DNA from: Clostridia bacterium
GTDB taxonomy: Bacteria > Bacillota > Clostridia > JAAYHZ01
Assembly (NCBI GenBank): GCA_050950825.1
Contig: JBMNIH010000003.1
Span: 384,001 to 448,000, forward strand
Direction of reading: 5' to 3'
DNA length: 64,000 nt
In this document: positions 8,483 to 18,799 of the stretch, piece by piece
Layout of the letters: every line of letters starts with the position of its first letter
How positions within the stretch are numbered: the first letter of the stretch is position 1
Program-made: the position numbers and the translations under genes
The notes under the pieces: generated by a model
Told to the model about the DNA's origin: nothing
The model's database searches: none
What the model saw: the letters and a program-made list of their open reading frames with translations, nothing else

Positions 8483-9231
8483 TTGTTTTTCTCTCCACTC
8501 TTTCTGACAATATAAAATACTCTTTCGCTATTCTCGGTATAAGGGTTAAATGTAAATTCGTCGAACATCCCTTCGCAAACAAACCCCGCTTTCGTGCAGG
8601 CTTCCTTCAAATCCTCAAGATCAAAAGCGGTTTCGATTATCGTGTCCTCAAACTTTTGATATAAATCGTTTAATTTTTGAAACAACACGATATCAATGAA
8701 GGATCTTCTTTCATTCGGATCGTATTCACACTGCCAAATGCATGTGAAATCTTCTTCATCTACATAGAAGACATTGTCGCCGTAAATGTTCTCCAGCTTG
8801 TGCAGGGTATTCACGTCGAAAATCAAAAGTCCCCCCGGATCCAAATAATTATAACATAAACGCAGCATTTTCTTAACATCTTCCATATCCTGAAGATGAT
8901 TGACACTGTCCAACAAACAAACAATAGCGCCTACCGTTCCGTAAAGCTCGAAGGAAGTCATATCCTGCTGCAAGAACAGTATGTTTTGCCCTGCGGCTTC
9001 CGCTTTTTGTCCGGCTTCCGTCAGCATTTCCTCCGAGATATCCACGCAAATCATTTCGTACCCTTTTTTAGACATGATAATAGCAAAAGAACCGGTACCG
9101 CAAGCAAGCTCCAATACCAAATCGGGCTTACATCCGTATTTGTTGAAAAGCCGTGTCACATAATCCGCCCATTTTTCATAATCCACGTCTTCATTAAGCC
9201 GATCATAAACTCTTGCAATTCCGGTATACAT
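8479..9231 (-). CDS. Class I SAM-dependent methyltransferase (YqeM-like)
   Basis: VLELACGTG motif I, VDISEEML, CLLDSVNHL, PGGLLIFD. Confidence 0.88.
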   Translation of the reverse strand: MYTGIARVYDRLNEDVDYEKWADYVTRLFNKYGCKPDLVLELACGTGSFAIIMSKKGYEMICVDISEEMLTEAGQKAEAAGQNILFLQQDMTSFELYGTVGAIVCLLDSVNHLQDMEDVKKMLRLCYNYLDPGGLLIFDVNTLHKLENIYGDNVFYVDEEDFTCIWQCEYDPNERRSFIDIVLFQKLNDLYQKFEDTIIETAFDLEDLKEACTKAGFVCEGMFDEFTFNPYTENSERVFYIVRKSGEKNK

Positions 9232-9262
9232 AATGCGTATTTTTTACCTCGTCTTATGCTTT

Positions 9263-9418
9263 TTATCCTTTGAATCTTCTGCTAATAATCCCGCCGATTC
9301 TTCCGGATTCTTTTGCGGTAAGGCTATCCCAACCGCTTTTTTCTACCTTCTCTAACAAGCCAAGCTCTTGGGCTACCTTGTATTTCATGGAGGAACGATC
9401 CTCCTTCTTTTTCTTCAT
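9263..9418 (-). CDS. Small acid-soluble spore protein, alpha/beta type (51 aa)
   Basis: Below the ORF-track cutoff: MKKKKEDRSSMKYKVAQELGLLEKVEKSGWDSLTAKESGRIGGIISRRFKG, with the KYxVAxELG and G(W)xxLTAKExGxIGG motifs and SD GGAGGTGAGG. Confidence 0.88.
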   Translation of the reverse strand: MKKKKEDRSSMKYKVAQELGLLEKVEKSGWDSLTAKESGRIGGIISRRFKG

Positions 9419-9437
9419 TTTTCCTCACCTCCAAAGC

Positions 9438-9467
9438 TAATATGTGCCGGTCGAACAACAATTATAC
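9438..9467 (-). promoter_or_regulatory. SigG-type forespore promoter for the SASP gene
   Basis: GTATA-18 nt-CATATTA, matching the SigG consensus GNATR-N18-CATNNTA. Confidence 0.7.
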
Positions 9468-9492
9468 TTAAAAGGCGAGTACATACATTCTT

Positions 9493-10719
9493 TTAAGGTG
9501 CCAGCTTCCCTTTCATGATTTCCACCGCCGCATGGAACTGGAGATCCTCCTGTCGAGGGATGGAAGAGATGGGGCTGTCTTTATACGTTCCTTGAATTTC
9601 CACCTTATGGTCCGGTGTAATGCCTACGTCCTGAACGACATTTCCTTTGGGCGTATAATAGCCTGCTATGGTCACTCGAAGCCCCGAGCCGTCTTTCGTA
9701 GGAATAATCGCTTGAACGACACCTTTACCGTAGGTTTGGGTACCTACAATAGTCGCTCTTCCGTTGTCCTGGAATGCGCCGGCCAATACCTCCGAAGCAC
9801 TGGCACTTCTTTCGTTCACCAATACCACAAGAGGGATGTCGATATGGGCTGCGTTGGACCTTTCATACTCCCGATTGCCGTCTTTATCTTCGGTGTAAAG
9901 AATGATTGCTTCCGGCAAGAACATATCGGCAATGCTCACCACTTGGTCGTAGCTTCCGCCGGGGTTATCCCGTACATCTATAATCAACCCTTTAATGCCC
10001 TTTTTAAGCAGCAAATTAAGCTCGTTATAAAAATCCATGGCAACCATGGTATCAAACATGGTAATTCGAATATACCCTATCAGGTTATCAATAATCTCGG
10101 ATTTTACACTGGGAATATGGACCTTTTTCCTTACCATCTTAAAATCCAAATATTGAAATTCCGAAGGTCTGTAAACGGTAACGACAACCTCCGTACCTTC
10201 TTCTCCTTTAATCAGATTCACTACAAAATCGGCTTCTTCCTCGGTAACGTCGTCGCCGTTGACCTTAACGATCAAATCGCCTTCTTTGATTCCCGCCGCT
10301 TTTGCAGGACCGCCGCCTACCGCTTCAATAACCTCCAAGATGCCGTCTTTGGTTTCGGAAACGATCAGTCCTACACCTACATAGCTGCTGGAGGAATACT
10401 CGCGCAATTGCTTCATTTGCTCTTTGGTATAGTAGATGGTATACGGATCCTTTAATCCTGCCGCTAATCCGGCAATGGCTCCTTCGAACATTTCCCTTTC
10501 ATCGATATCATAGTAAAAGTTTTCCTTAAGCAAGTTCCAAACCTCGGAAAACTTAGCGACATCCGACTTTGTCAATTCGTCTTTATTAAAATATAAAACA
10601 TATTCGTTCCGAGGATTATACAAGCTTCTCGTATACGAATATGTCAGCGCCGAAGAAATCAGTGCCGTCGCAAGAACGAGCACAAGGACGAGTGCCCATC
10701 TGGGTTTATTGTTCAACAT
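9493..10719 (-). CDS. ctpA: C-terminal processing protease, S41 family with PDZ domain
   Basis: DPYT, PDZ (GIKEGDLI), IGYIRI, DVRDNPGG, SASASE (catalytic Ser), TYGKG (Lys). Confidence 0.92.
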   Translation of the reverse strand: MLNNKPRWALVLVLVLATALISSALTYSYTRSLYNPRNEYVLYFNKDELTKSDVAKFSEVWNLLKENFYYDIDEREMFEGAIAGLAAGLKDPYTIYYTKEQMKQLREYSSSSYVGVGLIVSETKDGILEVIEAVGGGPAKAAGIKEGDLIVKVNGDDVTEEEADFVVNLIKGEEGTEVVVTVYRPSEFQYLDFKMVRKKVHIPSVKSEIIDNLIGYIRITMFDTMVAMDFYNELNLLLKKGIKGLIIDVRDNPGGSYDQVVSIADMFLPEAIILYTEDKDGNREYERSNAAHIDIPLVVLVNERSASASEVLAGAFQDNGRATIVGTQTYGKGVVQAIIPTKDGSGLRVTIAGYYTPKGNVVQDVGITPDHKVEIQGTYKDSPISSIPRQEDLQFHAAVEIMKGKLAP

Positions 10720-10823
10720 TATGCCTCCAAATGCTTTTAATTGATAAATACATTATACGCTATTTTATTGTCAAAAAAAACAGTTCATGCCTAAATTTCG
10801 AACCGGGCACCTTGAAACATAAT

Positions 10824-10859
10824 AAAAATCCCCTGTTCGTTTCGGATACAAGGGATTTT
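10824..10859 (-). terminator. Intrinsic terminator after the M23 gene
   Basis: AAAATCCC...GGGATTTT inverted repeat, U-rich on the minus strand. Confidence 0.65.
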
Positions 10860-10886
10860 GTCTACCGCAGTTATATAACAATCGAT

Positions 10887-12014
10887 TTATTGCTTCTTGA
10901 AATAGTTCATCGGATCGACAGGATCTCCGTTAATTCGAACTTCAAAATGGAGATGAGGTCCTGTAGCTACACCGGTACTGCCTACAAGAGCGATGGTTTG
11001 CCCTTTTTGAACATATGTACCTTTGCTTACCAGCAATTTGCTGCTATGGCCGTACAAGGTGGAGTATCCGCCGCCGTGGTCGATGATGATATAATACCCG
11101 TATCCGGATCCGTATCCGGAGAAAATTACGGTTCCGCTGTTAGCTGCAACGATAGCGGCTCCGTAGGGACCTCCGATATCCACTCCGGTGTGCATCCTGT
11201 AATCGCCGTATACGGGATGGCGTCTCCATCCGAACTTCGAATGAACGGTGTAGTCCGAAGGCAACGGCCATGTGAATGTTCCTCCCACATATTTGCCGCT
11301 TGTCTGCATGTTCTTGATTTGGGCCGCCAAGTTGCGAGACTCTTGTTCCAGCTGGTCTTCTTGAGAAGACAGCGATCTTATTTGTTCTTGTGCTTTGCTG
11401 ATGTTTTCCAGCAATTCCGCTCTTGTAATTCGTAAATTATCCAAATCCTCTTTGGTTTTATTGATGTCAGCAACCAGTTGGGTATAGTCCCCGTCCAACA
11501 TGGCTCTTTTTATTTCCAACTCTTTTCGAGCGACATCCAATTCCATGATCACTTCATTGTCTTTTTGAGCAATCCATTTATAAAGCTCAAGCTTTTCAAA
11601 AAACTCCGACAGATTTCCGGACTCCGCCAGCAAATCGAATATGGTTTTATTGGAGTTTTCATACATGACTCGCAGTCGTTCAACCGCTTCCTCTTCCCGT
11701 TGCTTCAGGTTTTCTTCCGCTTCGGCTATACTTGCCTGTACCTCGTTGAGATATGCAATGATATTTTGCAAATCTTGAGTCAGTTCATCCAACTGTTTCT
11801 CTTTCTCATCCACGTTGCCCTTTAATTCTTCCGCTTCTCCCAGCAATTCTTGGGCTTTTTGTTGCTGCTGCGCTTTCTGCTGTCGTATGGTTTGGATTCT
11901 GTTGTCTACGTTTGCCTTGCTGTTTTCCAAATCTTTGACAGTGGCACCCAGTGCAGTCATCGTATGTACTATTAAAATTAAGAAGGTAATCACAATCGTA
12001 TATACTTTTTTCAT
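10887..12014 (-). CDS. FtsEX-associated murein hydrolase (coiled coil + M23 peptidase; EnvC/CwlO-like architecture)
   Basis: Signal peptide, long coiled coil, HTGVD and TGPHLHFE zinc motifs intact; directly downstream of ftsEX. Confidence 0.9.
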   Translation of the reverse strand: MKKVYTIVITFLILIVHTMTALGATVKDLENSKANVDNRIQTIRQQKAQQQQKAQELLGEAEELKGNVDEKEKQLDELTQDLQNIIAYLNEVQASIAEAEENLKQREEEAVERLRVMYENSNKTIFDLLAESGNLSEFFEKLELYKWIAQKDNEVIMELDVARKELEIKRAMLDGDYTQLVADINKTKEDLDNLRITRAELLENISKAQEQIRSLSSQEDQLEQESRNLAAQIKNMQTSGKYVGGTFTWPLPSDYTVHSKFGWRRHPVYGDYRMHTGVDIGGPYGAAIVAANSGTVIFSGYGSGYGYYIIIDHGGGYSTLYGHSSKLLVSKGTYVQKGQTIALVGSTGVATGPHLHFEVRINGDPVDPMNYFKKQ

Positions 12015-12028
12015 TTTTATTTCCCTTT

Positions 12029-12925
12029 CTATAATTTTAAGTATTTACTCATCGATACCATACTGCCGAACACACCGATACCCACACCGAAAAAGGTGAA
12101 GATAACCGATAAAACCATGCTTATATCCGAGATCTTAACAAACTTGAACATGTTAAAAAAGGTGCTGCCTTGCGAATAGTAGTAGATCAAAAATTGTTCG
12201 TACAAATACAACACCAAAAATATGGATAAAATCGCTCCAATAACACCCAAAATCATTCCTTCCAAAATAAACGGCCATCGAATGAAATCTTCCGTGGCTC
12301 CTACGTATTTCATAATGGCGATTTCATTCTTTCGAGCCATTACCGTAAGCTTCACCGTGTTGGATATGATGGTGATTGCAATGAAAGAAAGCAAAAGAGA
12401 CAAGGCAACCGTCACCACTTTCATCCAACCGCTAATTTTCGATATGACGCTGACCATCTCTTGAGAATAGTCGGCCTTATATATGCCCGGTATCTCCCTG
12501 GCCTTTCTGCTAATCTCGTCCGAAAAGGAAGCGTCCTCTAAAGACAAAACAAAGGACACGGGAAATATTTCTTCCCCGAACCCTTGCAATAACCGATCAT
12601 CGTTTCCCAACATTTCGACCGCTCTTTGGTAGGCTTCCGCTTTGGTTACTACCGTTACGCCGGTAACCCCCTCTATTCCCCGAATACTTTCATAGGCCGA
12701 GTCGATTTCTTCCTGTGACATATCGGGATCGCAATAGGCTACGATTTCCGGCAAACTCTTCATTTGTTCGCTGTTATAGCGAAGATTCACCACGACAGCT
12801 GCCGATAAACCGGCCAACACCAGCGTGATTAATATCATCATTAACGAAATGCCTGACATGATTTTATTTTTCAAAATGTTACTAAATCCTTCTTTGAAAA
12901 CGATCCATATCATGTTAAGCTTCAT
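12029..12925 (-). CDS. ftsX: Cell division permease FtsX
   Basis: Four TM segments, ISNTVKLTVMARKNEIAIMKYVGAT..FIRWPF..EG. Confidence 0.93.
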   Translation of the reverse strand: MKLNMIWIVFKEGFSNILKNKIMSGISLMMILITLVLAGLSAAVVVNLRYNSEQMKSLPEIVAYCDPDMSQEEIDSAYESIRGIEGVTGVTVVTKAEAYQRAVEMLGNDDRLLQGFGEEIFPVSFVLSLEDASFSDEISRKAREIPGIYKADYSQEMVSVISKISGWMKVVTVALSLLLSFIAITIISNTVKLTVMARKNEIAIMKYVGATEDFIRWPFILEGMILGVIGAILSIFLVLYLYEQFLIYYYSQGSTFFNMFKFVKISDISMVLSVIFTFFGVGIGVFGSMVSMSKYLKL

Positions 12926-13601
12926 TTTTGTAAAACCCTCTTAAATCGTCTCGAACGATTCGGCCCTGCGAAAGCTCGATGACTCTTTTGTTCATTTTAT
13001 TCACCATATTCGTATCGTGGGTGGCAACAAGGACGGTAGTTCCACCCTCGTTGATTCTGTCCAATAAATACATAATGTGCTCCGATGTATTCGGGTCCAA
13101 ATTCCCCGTAGGCTCGTCGCAAATTAATAATTGAGGCTTGTTTACAATGGCTCGAGCCAACGCCGCCCTCTGTTGCTCTCCTCCGGACAGCTGCCAAGGG
13201 TAGCAGTCCATTTTATCTTCCAGCCCCACCATTTTCAGCACAACCGGAACCCTCTTTACGATATCCCTTCTGTATGCTCCGATTATCTCCATGGCAAAAG
13301 CCACGTTATCGAATAAAGTCTTCTTTTCCAATAGCCTGAAGTCTTGAAATACCACGCCGGTACTTCTTCTTAAGTAAGGAATCTCGCTTCGAAACATGGA
13401 GGTCACGTCTTTGTTGTTTACAAAAACATCTCCGCTTGTAACCTTGATTTCACGTATCAGTATCTTTATCAGGGTAGACTTACCGGACCCGCTGGGACCG
13501 ATTAAGAAAACGAATTCTCCGGGCTTAACCGTCAACGAAACGTTATCGAGGGCTACCGCGCCGTTCGTATAAATTTTTGTAACATTATGCATCTCTATCA
13601 T
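12915..13601 (-). CDS. ftsE: Cell division ATPase FtsE
   Basis: GPSGSGKST, VVFQDFRLL, LSGGEQQR, DEPTGNLD; adjacent to ftsX. Confidence 0.95.
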   Translation of the reverse strand: MIEMHNVTKIYTNGAVALDNVSLTVKPGEFVFLIGPSGSGKSTLIKILIREIKVTSGDVFVNNKDVTSMFRSEIPYLRRSTGVVFQDFRLLEKKTLFDNVAFAMEIIGAYRRDIVKRVPVVLKMVGLEDKMDCYPWQLSGGEQQRAALARAIVNKPQLLICDEPTGNLDPNTSEHIMYLLDRINEGGTTVLVATHDTNMVNKMNKRVIELSQGRIVRDDLRGFYKNEA

Positions 13602-13727
13602 CTGTAATCTCTATCCCTGACATTCACTTTAATATAGGCTTTATACAAAGCCTTTCTATGTTTTTCTATCTATACCACAAAAAATATATTTGACATAAAA
13701 ATAATTTCAAAAAATTTCAATGGTATC

Positions 13728-13756
13728 ATTATACACATTTTCAACCGCTACATCAA
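13728..13756 (-). promoter_or_regulatory. Putative SigA promoter for ftsEX
   Basis: TTGATG-17 nt-TATAAT. Confidence 0.5.
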
Positions 13757-13789
13757 TAAAGTTCAGGGGATTGTTACATAAATGTTAAA

Positions 13790-14884
13790 TTAGTCGACTT
13801 TTTTCTGCTTGTCGATATAGGATAAATACTTGGATACCAGCATGGCGATTTTAAAAATCACCGCATCGTTAAAATTCCGTACATCCAAACCGGTGATTTT
13901 CTGTATCTTTTGGATTCGATATATGACGGAATTTCTATGCACGAACAGCATCTCTGCCGTCTTGCTGATATTAAAGTTGCATTCAAACAACCCCTCAATG
14001 GTTTTAAACATTTCTTCGTCAAAGGTTTTGTATGTTTCTCCCGGAAAGACCTCCTCCAAAAAGATTCGGCAGGACTCTTCCGGCAGCTTGTATATCAAGC
14101 GTCCGATCCCTAATTTGTTGTAATCGGCGATCTTTTCTTTTCCTTCGAAAATTCGACCCGTAATGTCCGCCATAACGGCGTTTTGGTAGGACTTTTTCAA
14201 ATCCGTTAAGGAGACGGACTCGGTTCCTATGGCCACTCTCGTATCCGCCATTAATTCCGAACTGACGTTGTCTTTAATCATGTAGGCGATATCCGTTACG
14301 TGTCTATGCTTGCTTGTGGATTTTAACGAGTGGACCAGAATATAGTTGCTTGAATTCACGATAAAAACACTGCTGTTGGACCGGTCCGGAAACATGTTTT
14401 TTAACACGCTTAAACAAGCGCTGTCGTCCGCCCCGGGAACCGAAATGTGAAACACGATACGGCGCATTTCCACAGGGATACGAAGCTCTCGGGCTCGATT
14501 GATGATTTCATGCTCGGAAAGATTCTCCATGATAATGCTTCGAAAAAAAGAAGATCGATCCAATCGTGAAAGACAGAATTGGTAATAATTCAGCACGCTG
14601 ATAGAGAACAGATTCAGAAGCTTTTCCGCCGTTTCCGAAACGGAATAGATATAGGTCAGAACAATGATTTTTCGCCCCGAATAAACCTTGCAAAATGTAA
14701 TACCGCCGACGGTAACCGTTTTATCTGCGTTTTTCAGGATCTCTTTTAAAATGGTATCCGGAAGATTGCTTCCTACCTTGCCGGAATCGGAACAAGCTAA
14801 AACCGTTCCGTCCGGATCCACAACCCCGATTTCATCCTCCACAATTTCCATTACTTCGTGTACTAAGTCCTGATACGATTGCAT
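13790..14884 (-). CDS. CdaR/PucR family transcriptional regulator
   Basis: C-terminal NISKTAEMLFVHRNSVIYRIQKIQKITGLD HTH and a GGDEF-like middle domain. Start set at ATG 14884. Confidence 0.88.
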   Translation of the reverse strand: MQSYQDLVHEVMEIVEDEIGVVDPDGTVLACSDSGKVGSNLPDTILKEILKNADKTVTVGGITFCKVYSGRKIIVLTYIYSVSETAEKLLNLFSISVLNYYQFCLSRLDRSSFFRSIIMENLSEHEIINRARELRIPVEMRRIVFHISVPGADDSACLSVLKNMFPDRSNSSVFIVNSSNYILVHSLKSTSKHRHVTDIAYMIKDNVSSELMADTRVAIGTESVSLTDLKKSYQNAVMADITGRIFEGKEKIADYNKLGIGRLIYKLPEESCRIFLEEVFPGETYKTFDEEMFKTIEGLFECNFNISKTAEMLFVHRNSVIYRIQKIQKITGLDVRNFNDAVIFKIAMLVSKYLSYIDKQKKVD

Positions 14885-14932
14885 ACTAAAACCTTTCGAA
14901 TTTATGATACCGTATATTATATCACATACAAC

Positions 14933-14970
14933 AAAGACACACAAAAGGCATACTCTTGTGTGTCTTTTTT
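14933..14970 (-). terminator. Hairpin terminator after msmX
   Basis: AAAGACACACAA / TTGTGTGTCTTT inverted repeat. Confidence 0.6.
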
Positions 14971-15007
14971 GATAATGAATGAAATTTTTCCTACCTTGTT
15001 CTACATG

Positions 15008-16189
15008 TTATACCGGCAGAACTTTTTCGGTTTTTGCGTCAAAGATGTGCAATCTTATAGGATCGAATACCATCTTGACTTCATCGTCCGGCTTAAACTT
15101 GTTCGAAGGATCGACGCGGGCCGTAAAGTCTACGTCGCTGATCTTCAAGTAAAGCAATGTTTCGGCACCTAACGCTTCTCTAACGTCTACAACGCCTTCC
15201 ACTACCGCATCCGGGAACTGCTGGAAGAAACGAGGATCGTCTTTAATGTTTTCGGGACGAATACCCATGATAACTTCCTTGTCGATATAGCCTAATTCTT
15301 CGATCTTGGATGCTCTTTCAGGCGGCAAATAGATCATGGTCGGCTTCACTAATTTTTGTTCCGCTGCTTGTGCTCTGCTCTGCAGTACGGAGCCTTCCGC
15401 TTCTCCGAAAATTAAGAATACGCCTTTTTCATCTTTGCGAACGCGGGTCTTAACAAAGTTCATGGGAGGGCTTCCGATGAATCCGCCGACGAATACGTTA
15501 ACCGGCTTTTCGTACAGTACTTGAGGGCTGTCTACCTGTTGAATGAATCCGTCTTTCATAACAACGATACGAGTACCCATGGTCATAGCTTCCGTTTGGT
15601 CGTGGGTAACGTAGATGATGGTGGTCTTTAATTTTTGATGCAGACGGGTAATTTCAACACGCATTTGGACTCTCAATTTTGCGTCCAAGTTGGAAAGAGG
15701 TTCGTCCATTAAGAATACTTTCGGTTCACGAACGATGGCACGACCTAAAGCAACACGCTGACGTTGACCACCGGACAGAGCCTTGGGCTTTCTGTCTAAC
15801 AGATGTTCAATTTCAAGAATTCTTGCAGCTTCATAAACCTTCTTCTTTATTTCATGCTTCGGTGTTTTTCTCAATTTCAAACCGAAAGCCATATTGTCGA
15901 ATACAGTCATATGAGGATACAGAGCATAGTTTTGGAAAACCATTGCGATATCTCTATCTTTGGGTTGAACATCATTAATCAGTTTATCCCCTATATAGAT
16001 TTCACCGGCTGTAATTTCTTCAAGACCGGCAATCATTCTCAACGTTGTGGTTTTTCCGCATCCTGACGGTCCTACCAAAATCAAAAATTCTTTGTCGTCG
16101 ATATCGAGATTGAAATCGTTAACGGCCATAACACCGCCGTGTGCGGATTCGTATTTCTTGTAGACGTTTTTTAGCTTAACACTTGCCAT
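15008..16189 (-). CDS. msmX: Multiple-sugar ABC transporter ATPase (MsmX/MalK/UgpC family)
   Basis: GPSGCGKTT, VFQNYALYPH, LSGGQRQR, DEPLSNLD, FIGSP, GIRPE and a TOBE C-terminus; SD GGAGG. Confidence 0.92.
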   Translation of the reverse strand: MASVKLKNVYKKYESAHGGVMAVNDFNLDIDDKEFLILVGPSGCGKTTTLRMIAGLEEITAGEIYIGDKLINDVQPKDRDIAMVFQNYALYPHMTVFDNMAFGLKLRKTPKHEIKKKVYEAARILEIEHLLDRKPKALSGGQRQRVALGRAIVREPKVFLMDEPLSNLDAKLRVQMRVEITRLHQKLKTTIIYVTHDQTEAMTMGTRIVVMKDGFIQQVDSPQVLYEKPVNVFVGGFIGSPPMNFVKTRVRKDEKGVFLIFGEAEGSVLQSRAQAAEQKLVKPTMIYLPPERASKIEELGYIDKEVIMGIRPENIKDDPRFFQQFPDAVVEGVVDVREALGAETLLYLKISDVDFTARVDPSNKFKPDDEVKMVFDPIRLHIFDAKTEKVLPV

Positions 16190-16540
16190 TATGTACCTCC
16201 TGTACAAATAAATTAAGATTAGCCTGACTATGACACTATACTACAAATCCATATCAATAACCGGTATAAAACTTAACAAAAAAGGTCACTGTCATTTAGA
16301 TAATATGCATAATATTTTCGTATTTTCATGCAAAACGACCGGTTTGCGCCCGTTTTTACGCAGGTACCGGTTGTTTTTTCACACGGTTTTTACATTCTTT
16401 TTCCACTTCCCTTTTATTCCCTTCCTCATGAAAGCGTACCGATTATGTAGAGTTCATATCCCGCAAATCCGTATTTGCACCCCCTATCCCGTATGATATA
16501 ATATCGATAAATATTGCAAAAGAAGGTATATAAGAAGTTC

Positions 16541-18799
16541 ATGAAAGTACTTCATATCATCGGAGGGGGAGACATTGGCGGGGCGAAGGCCCATGTTCTT
16601 TCTCTGGTAAAAGAATTAGGCAAACAAATCGATGTCAAATTGATCAGCTTACGTCACGGCCCTTTTGCCGACGATGCCCGAAAAATGGGCATCAACGTGC
16701 AGGTGGTAAAGACGGGAAATATTTTCCGTGACCTTCGCATTGTGCAAAAAATCATCGAGGAGGAAGGGTACGAAATCCTTCATTCTCACGGCGCAAAGGC
16801 CAATATGTTTTCCGTTATTCTAAAAAGAAGAACCGGAATAACCACCATTACCACCGTGCATAGCGATTATCGTTTGGACTATTTGCACAGTTTTTGGAAA
16901 CGAATCACTTACGGCACCGTGAATGCCATCGCCCTGCGTCGTATCGATTTTCATATAGGCGTATCCAATCAATTTAAAAAGATGCTGATTGAGCGCAATT
17001 TTGACCCGGAACGCATATACACCGTGTATAACGGGATCGACTTTGATATACCGAAAAAGCATTATGAACGAAAAGACTTAATTGAAAGCTTCCGGTTGCC
17101 TTTAACCGACGACGACATTATTGTGGGAATTGCCGCAAGGTTGGAGCCGGTGAAGGGAATCGACACGTTGATTCAAGCCGCCGCTATCGTGAAAAAGCAA
17201 AATCCTCGGGTAAAAATCCTTATCGGAGGAGACGGGGACCAGCGAAAATACCTTCGTTCGCTTGCGGAATCCTTAAATCTTTCGGATACGGTTTTCTTTT
17301 TAGGCTGGCTGAACGACCCTTACCGGTTGATTGCCGTCGCCGACATCAGCGTTTTGACATCCATCAGCGAAAGCTTTCCCTATTCCATTTTGGAAGGCGT
17401 TCGCTACGAAAAACCCACCGTAAGCTCCGCCGTAGGAGGAATCCCGGATTTAATCGACCACGGAGAAAACGGCTTCTTGTTTACTCCTCGGAATGCGGAG
17501 GAATTGGCACAACATTTGCTGCGCCTTTCGGGGGACGAAGGCTTACGAAAAGAAATGGGGCATAGAATCTATGAAAAGGCCTCGCTTCATTTTTCATTGA
17601 AAAATATGTGCCGCACCCAAATTGACATCTACGAAAAAATACTTCGTTCCGACAAAAAGGCTTTTGTAAATAAAAAGGCAAAGGATTTCGACTGCATTCT
17701 TTTAGGCTACTACGGATACAACAACATCGGTGACGACGCTCTTTTGTCTTCCATATGCAGCAATCTAAAACGCTTAAAACCGGATATCAACATTTTGGCG
17801 TTGTCGAAAAGTCCGTCTCAAACCCAAAAAATCAATCAAATCAACGCCATATACCGCTTTAACATGTTCAAGGTGTTGAAAGCCATGAAAAACACAAAGC
17901 TCTTTGCATACGGAGGCGGTACCCTGATTCAAGACAGCACCAGCACCCGTTCCTTGTTGTACTACTTGGCCTTGATGTATGCCGCCAAAAAAATGAATTT
18001 AAAAACCATGCTTTATGCCAACGGTATCGAACCGATTAACAAGAACATCAACAAGAAGCTTACGGGAAATATATTGAACAACGTGGACATTATTTCCCTT
18101 CGGGAAGAAACTTCTTTGAAAGAGCTGCAAAAACTGAACATCACCAATCCGAAAATCGTGGTAACGGCGGATCCGGCCATTACCTGTTCCGGTATTCCGA
18201 AAAACGAAATACCGAAGATCTTTAAAAGAGAAGGTATTCCTACCGATCAACGATACGCAGGCTTTTCCATTCGCTACTGGAAAGGATACGGTAAGAAGCA
18301 TATCGTCATGATGGCTCGGCTGGCGGACTTCCTGTACGAGAAATACGGCCTTTTGCCGGTATTCATTCCCATGCAGCATAAGTATGTAGACGATTGCAAA
18401 ATCAGCCGTGAAATTATCTCCAAAATGAAAAATCCGGGCTATATCGTAAGCAGCCGTTATTCCGTATCGGAAACCATCGGCATCATATCCGCCATGGATT
18501 TGGTCGTCGGTATGAGGCTCCATTCCCTCATATTTGCGGCAGCTCAAAAGGTCCCCATGATCGGCATCGCCTATGAACCGAAGGTGGATTGGTTCTTAAA
18601 GTACATCGGCTTGGAGGAATACAGCGCAGGTCCGGCTTCTAAAGCCGATATAGATAAGCTGCTTTCCCTCAGCAGCAAAGCTTTGGAAAACAGGCAAAAA
18701 ATCATAGATACATTGGAACAGGTAACACGGCAATTGTACGACAAATGCTTATACAATGCCGAGTTGGCTATCGAGCTTATGGAGGATGATTCTATTTGA
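16541..18799 (+). CDS. csaB: GT4 glycosyltransferase fused to polysaccharide pyruvyltransferase CsaB
   Basis: N-half GT4 (ARLEPVKG, SESFPYSILE); C-half CsaB (GYYGYNNIGDDALL, GGGTLIQDSTSTRSLLYY, GMRLHSLIFA, YEPKV). Confidence 0.9.
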   Translation: MKVLHIIGGGDIGGAKAHVLSLVKELGKQIDVKLISLRHGPFADDARKMGINVQVVKTGNIFRDLRIVQKIIEEEGYEILHSHGAKANMFSVILKRRTGITTITTVHSDYRLDYLHSFWKRITYGTVNAIALRRIDFHIGVSNQFKKMLIERNFDPERIYTVYNGIDFDIPKKHYERKDLIESFRLPLTDDDIIVGIAARLEPVKGIDTLIQAAAIVKKQNPRVKILIGGDGDQRKYLRSLAESLNLSDTVFFLGWLNDPYRLIAVADISVLTSISESFPYSILEGVRYEKPTVSSAVGGIPDLIDHGENGFLFTPRNAEELAQHLLRLSGDEGLRKEMGHRIYEKASLHFSLKNMCRTQIDIYEKILRSDKKAFVNKKAKDFDCILLGYYGYNNIGDDALLSSICSNLKRLKPDINILALSKSPSQTQKINQINAIYRFNMFKVLKAMKNTKLFAYGGGTLIQDSTSTRSLLYYLALMYAAKKMNLKTMLYANGIEPINKNINKKLTGNILNNVDIISLREETSLKELQKLNITNPKIVVTADPAITCSGIPKNEIPKIFKREGIPTDQRYAGFSIRYWKGYGKKHIVMMARLADFLYEKYGLLPVFIPMQHKYVDDCKISREIISKMKNPGYIVSSRYSVSETIGIISAMDLVVGMRLHSLIFAAAQKVPMIGIAYEPKVDWFLKYIGLEEYSAGPASKADIDKLLSLSSKALENRQKIIDTLEQVTRQLYDKCLYNAELAIELMEDDSI

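Noticed and set aside
9532-11435. Long plus-strand ORFs (307 aa and 264 aa)
   Set aside because: Antisense shadows of ctpA and the M23 gene, with no motifs.
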